From Trichosphaerium sp. ATCC 40318 (Eukaryota; Protista; Tubulinea): a stretch of DNA of 64,000 nt. Below, one piece after another: positions 61,631-64,000 of this stretch (position 1 is the first letter of the stretch; each line of letters begins with the position of its first letter). The notes beneath the pieces are model-generated. The model did not search any database, was not told the origin of the DNA, and was given only the letters and a program-made list of their open reading frames with translations. The position numbers were made by a program, and so were the translations under genes. The DNA is taken from NCBI GenBank assembly GCA_038496445.1, contig JALMLS010000065.1, positions 248,001 to 312,000 on the forward strand. Direction: 5' to 3'.

Positions 61631-63860
61631 TTATACGCAGTTTGATTCAGTTGCAATGTTACCTTTGCATTCTTGGTATTTTTGAAGAGTTTGGTGGAGA
61701 TCAGCAAGGTCACTTGGACTCGTCATATTTACCAAGTTTTTCATCTAAAACGTTTACTTAATGATGGTTGGTCAATAAAAAATTGAGATACCTGGTATGG
61801 ATCGCTGTCAATGTCATATAATTCTCTGAACTCAACAGATGTGTTAGACCATGTCCACGTGCTATCAAATTCAATATATACAAGGTTCTTGGTTTCGTTC
61901 AAGACACGCAAAGCACGCCAAGAGTTTGAAGACAGACTGTCAATGTACCAACAAGTGCCTATGTTTTTAGTGAGTTATAATCTAATTACACGATAACTCA
62001 CCATCACCCACGCCTTTACCAAGCACACATTTTTTAGTACCTACTGGTGATCTTGGCCCTCTACCATTATGACCATGGTAAGTGTTATCAGGTACCTAAT
62101 TATTGTCAACAAGGACATTGTAGTTTTGGAGCAAAGAGTTTTTCTGTACCCATATATCTGCGTGGTCATTGAAGGAGTCTGAAAGAGCTTTAAACTCAAT
62201 TAAAAAGTGCTTTCTCCACTCGTTTGAATACTTTTGTTTTTCTTCAGGAGCAAGAGGTTTAAAATAAGGGTTTTCTTCAGAAATAAAGAAAGGTGCAAGA
62301 CTCTTTCCTAAAAATAGCTATTAATAATCTGCTTGCACGAGTATTGTTGTTTATAAGGTACCATCCATAAATTTTGGCTTTGCAACTCCAGCTAGATCGA
62401 GCAAGGTCGGTGTAAAATCAACGTTGCCGCTGACTTGCGGAATCTTGGCACCTGGCTTAATACCAGGGCCGCGAACAATGTAAGGGATACGGATGTCAGT
62501 TTCATAAGGCTGTAATTTAGCTGTAGGTAAGCGCCATTGACCTAGTTTATATCCCTAAAAACCAAGAACTAAGTTGTAAAGACTCATAAAGGTAAAAAAA
62601 TAATTGTTACTATTTGCGCACGTGATCACTTGAGTAAAATATGTATGTATCGTCAAGTATGTCTAATTTTTCGAGAAGCTGAATCACTGAGGATACTATT
62701 TCGTCTACAGATATAAGTGAGCTCCACCTGTCCTTCATTTGTTGCTCTATCCATTGAGCTGCAAGTTCATTAAAAGGAGGATTTTGTCTTATCATCTGAT
62801 GTTTGTCCGGAGAAGATGCATTCCAGTTCGGTGTTACTGGGTATGTCAAGTTTTCAAAAGGAGTGTTTTGAACCCACGGTGCTGGTGTAGCAGGATAGTG
62901 AGGTGCATGAGGACCAATATACGCGAAGAAAGGTTGACCTGTTGGGCTGTTAAAACGACATAAACAAAGTGTCAAAAAAGACGGATTCGTGCCTGTTTTA
63001 ACAATTTCGTTGATCCAAGATAGCGACCTGTTTCCAATTTGACTCGTTTGATATGTCTCTGGCTTCATTTCTAACTGTTCTATGTGTTTAGACCCATTTG
63101 GATACTTAACAAAGTATTTTTTTGAATAAAAGACATTGTAGTCACAAGGAGAGCTTATCATAGTCATTCCTGCGTCTCTTTTCTTTCCACAAAAGTACTC
63201 TGTCTGGTCGTTTGTAACTTTACCAAATACACCTTTGAAGAGATAGGAATGTAAGCTTTATACGGAAAAAGAGAAGGAAGAGTCGAATCGATTGAAAAAT
63301 CGATGGAAAAGTAGAACTCAGAAATTTATATCACCTCCGGTTTTTCTCACCTGTGGCGTAACCTGCGCTTTCGAGAATACCGAACATACTCGCAGTTACA
63401 TTGAATACATTGTCTTCAGCATTTATATGCATACAAGTACCATTGGGAGCGCCAATGTTGTGATAATAGCGGCCTTGTTGTTACAAGTTAAAACAACGGT
63501 TCTAACCACGTGATCTTATCACGTGCCTGTAATAAATTCTGTTCGGGAAGGACAACAAACTGGTGTCGCTACAAAAAAGTTCTCGAAATACGCTCCTTCA
63601 TCAATCAACAGCTTTCTAGTTTCTGGCATCGCCTAAAGCTCATATAAACTAATAGTACTCTATTGTTGTAAAAAGGGACTTCAGTTGGTACAATTTATTT
63701 AAGATCGTACCGCAAGCGAGCCTATATCTGTGTATTCACGTGGGTTTCTTCCAAGTTGAATATCTTGATCATCAGTTAGAATAAACACGAAATTAGGTTG
63801 TTTCGCTGCTATAACAATAAAAACGGTAAACAAGCATATTGCGTTTACAAGTGTCATCAT
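61631..63860 (-). CDS. Secreted sulfatase (N-acetylglucosamine-6-sulfatase/Sulf-like), spliced
   Basis: Signal peptide, [23 protein letters not shown] (formylglycine motif), [24 protein letters not shown]. Confidence 0.9.
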
Positions 63861-64000
63861 TGTATTGAACTTCTATCTAACAACAAACGTGAGTGCACAC
63901 TGTGACTTAAGTTTGAAGGTAGAGCCACAAATTTATTATCTCCACGTGATGATGCTATGTAGGTTTGTTTTTTGTTCTCATGAAGTCATCCAAAGCATAG

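Noticed and set aside
1-64000. Alternative genetic code to explain the fragmented ORFs
   Set aside because: Short introns explain the breaks. Conserved exons are stop-free, and TAA (amine oxidase), TAG (Snf7, P450) and TGA (GH2, MORN gene) all terminate genes.

Overview
Eukaryotic nuclear DNA: AT-rich (about 35% GC by eye), gene-dense and intron-dense (roughly 170-190 short introns), from a free-living protist, most plausibly an amoebozoan (inference). The standard genetic code fits all intact genes. The ORF track mostly shows exon fragments, so gene models were spliced by hand. About 20 ordinary intron-rich genes are recognisable: tricalbin/E-Syt-like SMP-C2, Snf7, GH2 beta-glucuronidase-like, copper amine oxidase, ANK-RhoGEF, EngB GTPase, GH5, FAD monooxygenase, RhoGAP, P450, ALG6, sulfatase and others. 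Three things stand out. (1) Splicing is relaxed: about 15 GC-AG introns (roughly 8%) with a GCAC(G) donor, plus GAG acceptors and a 9-nt exon. (2) A modular, fast-turnover F-box system is scattered between the housekeeping genes. A short basic leader plus an LLxLPxE F-box is joined to intron-free LRR, MORN-variant or ubiquitin-like modules, the LRR surface positions are variable, and many decayed copies are present. (3) A 2.75-kb insertion-like segment is bounded by 13-bp direct repeats, has its own motif vocabulary and carries a C2H2 zinc-finger gene. All counts are manual and no database searches were run.
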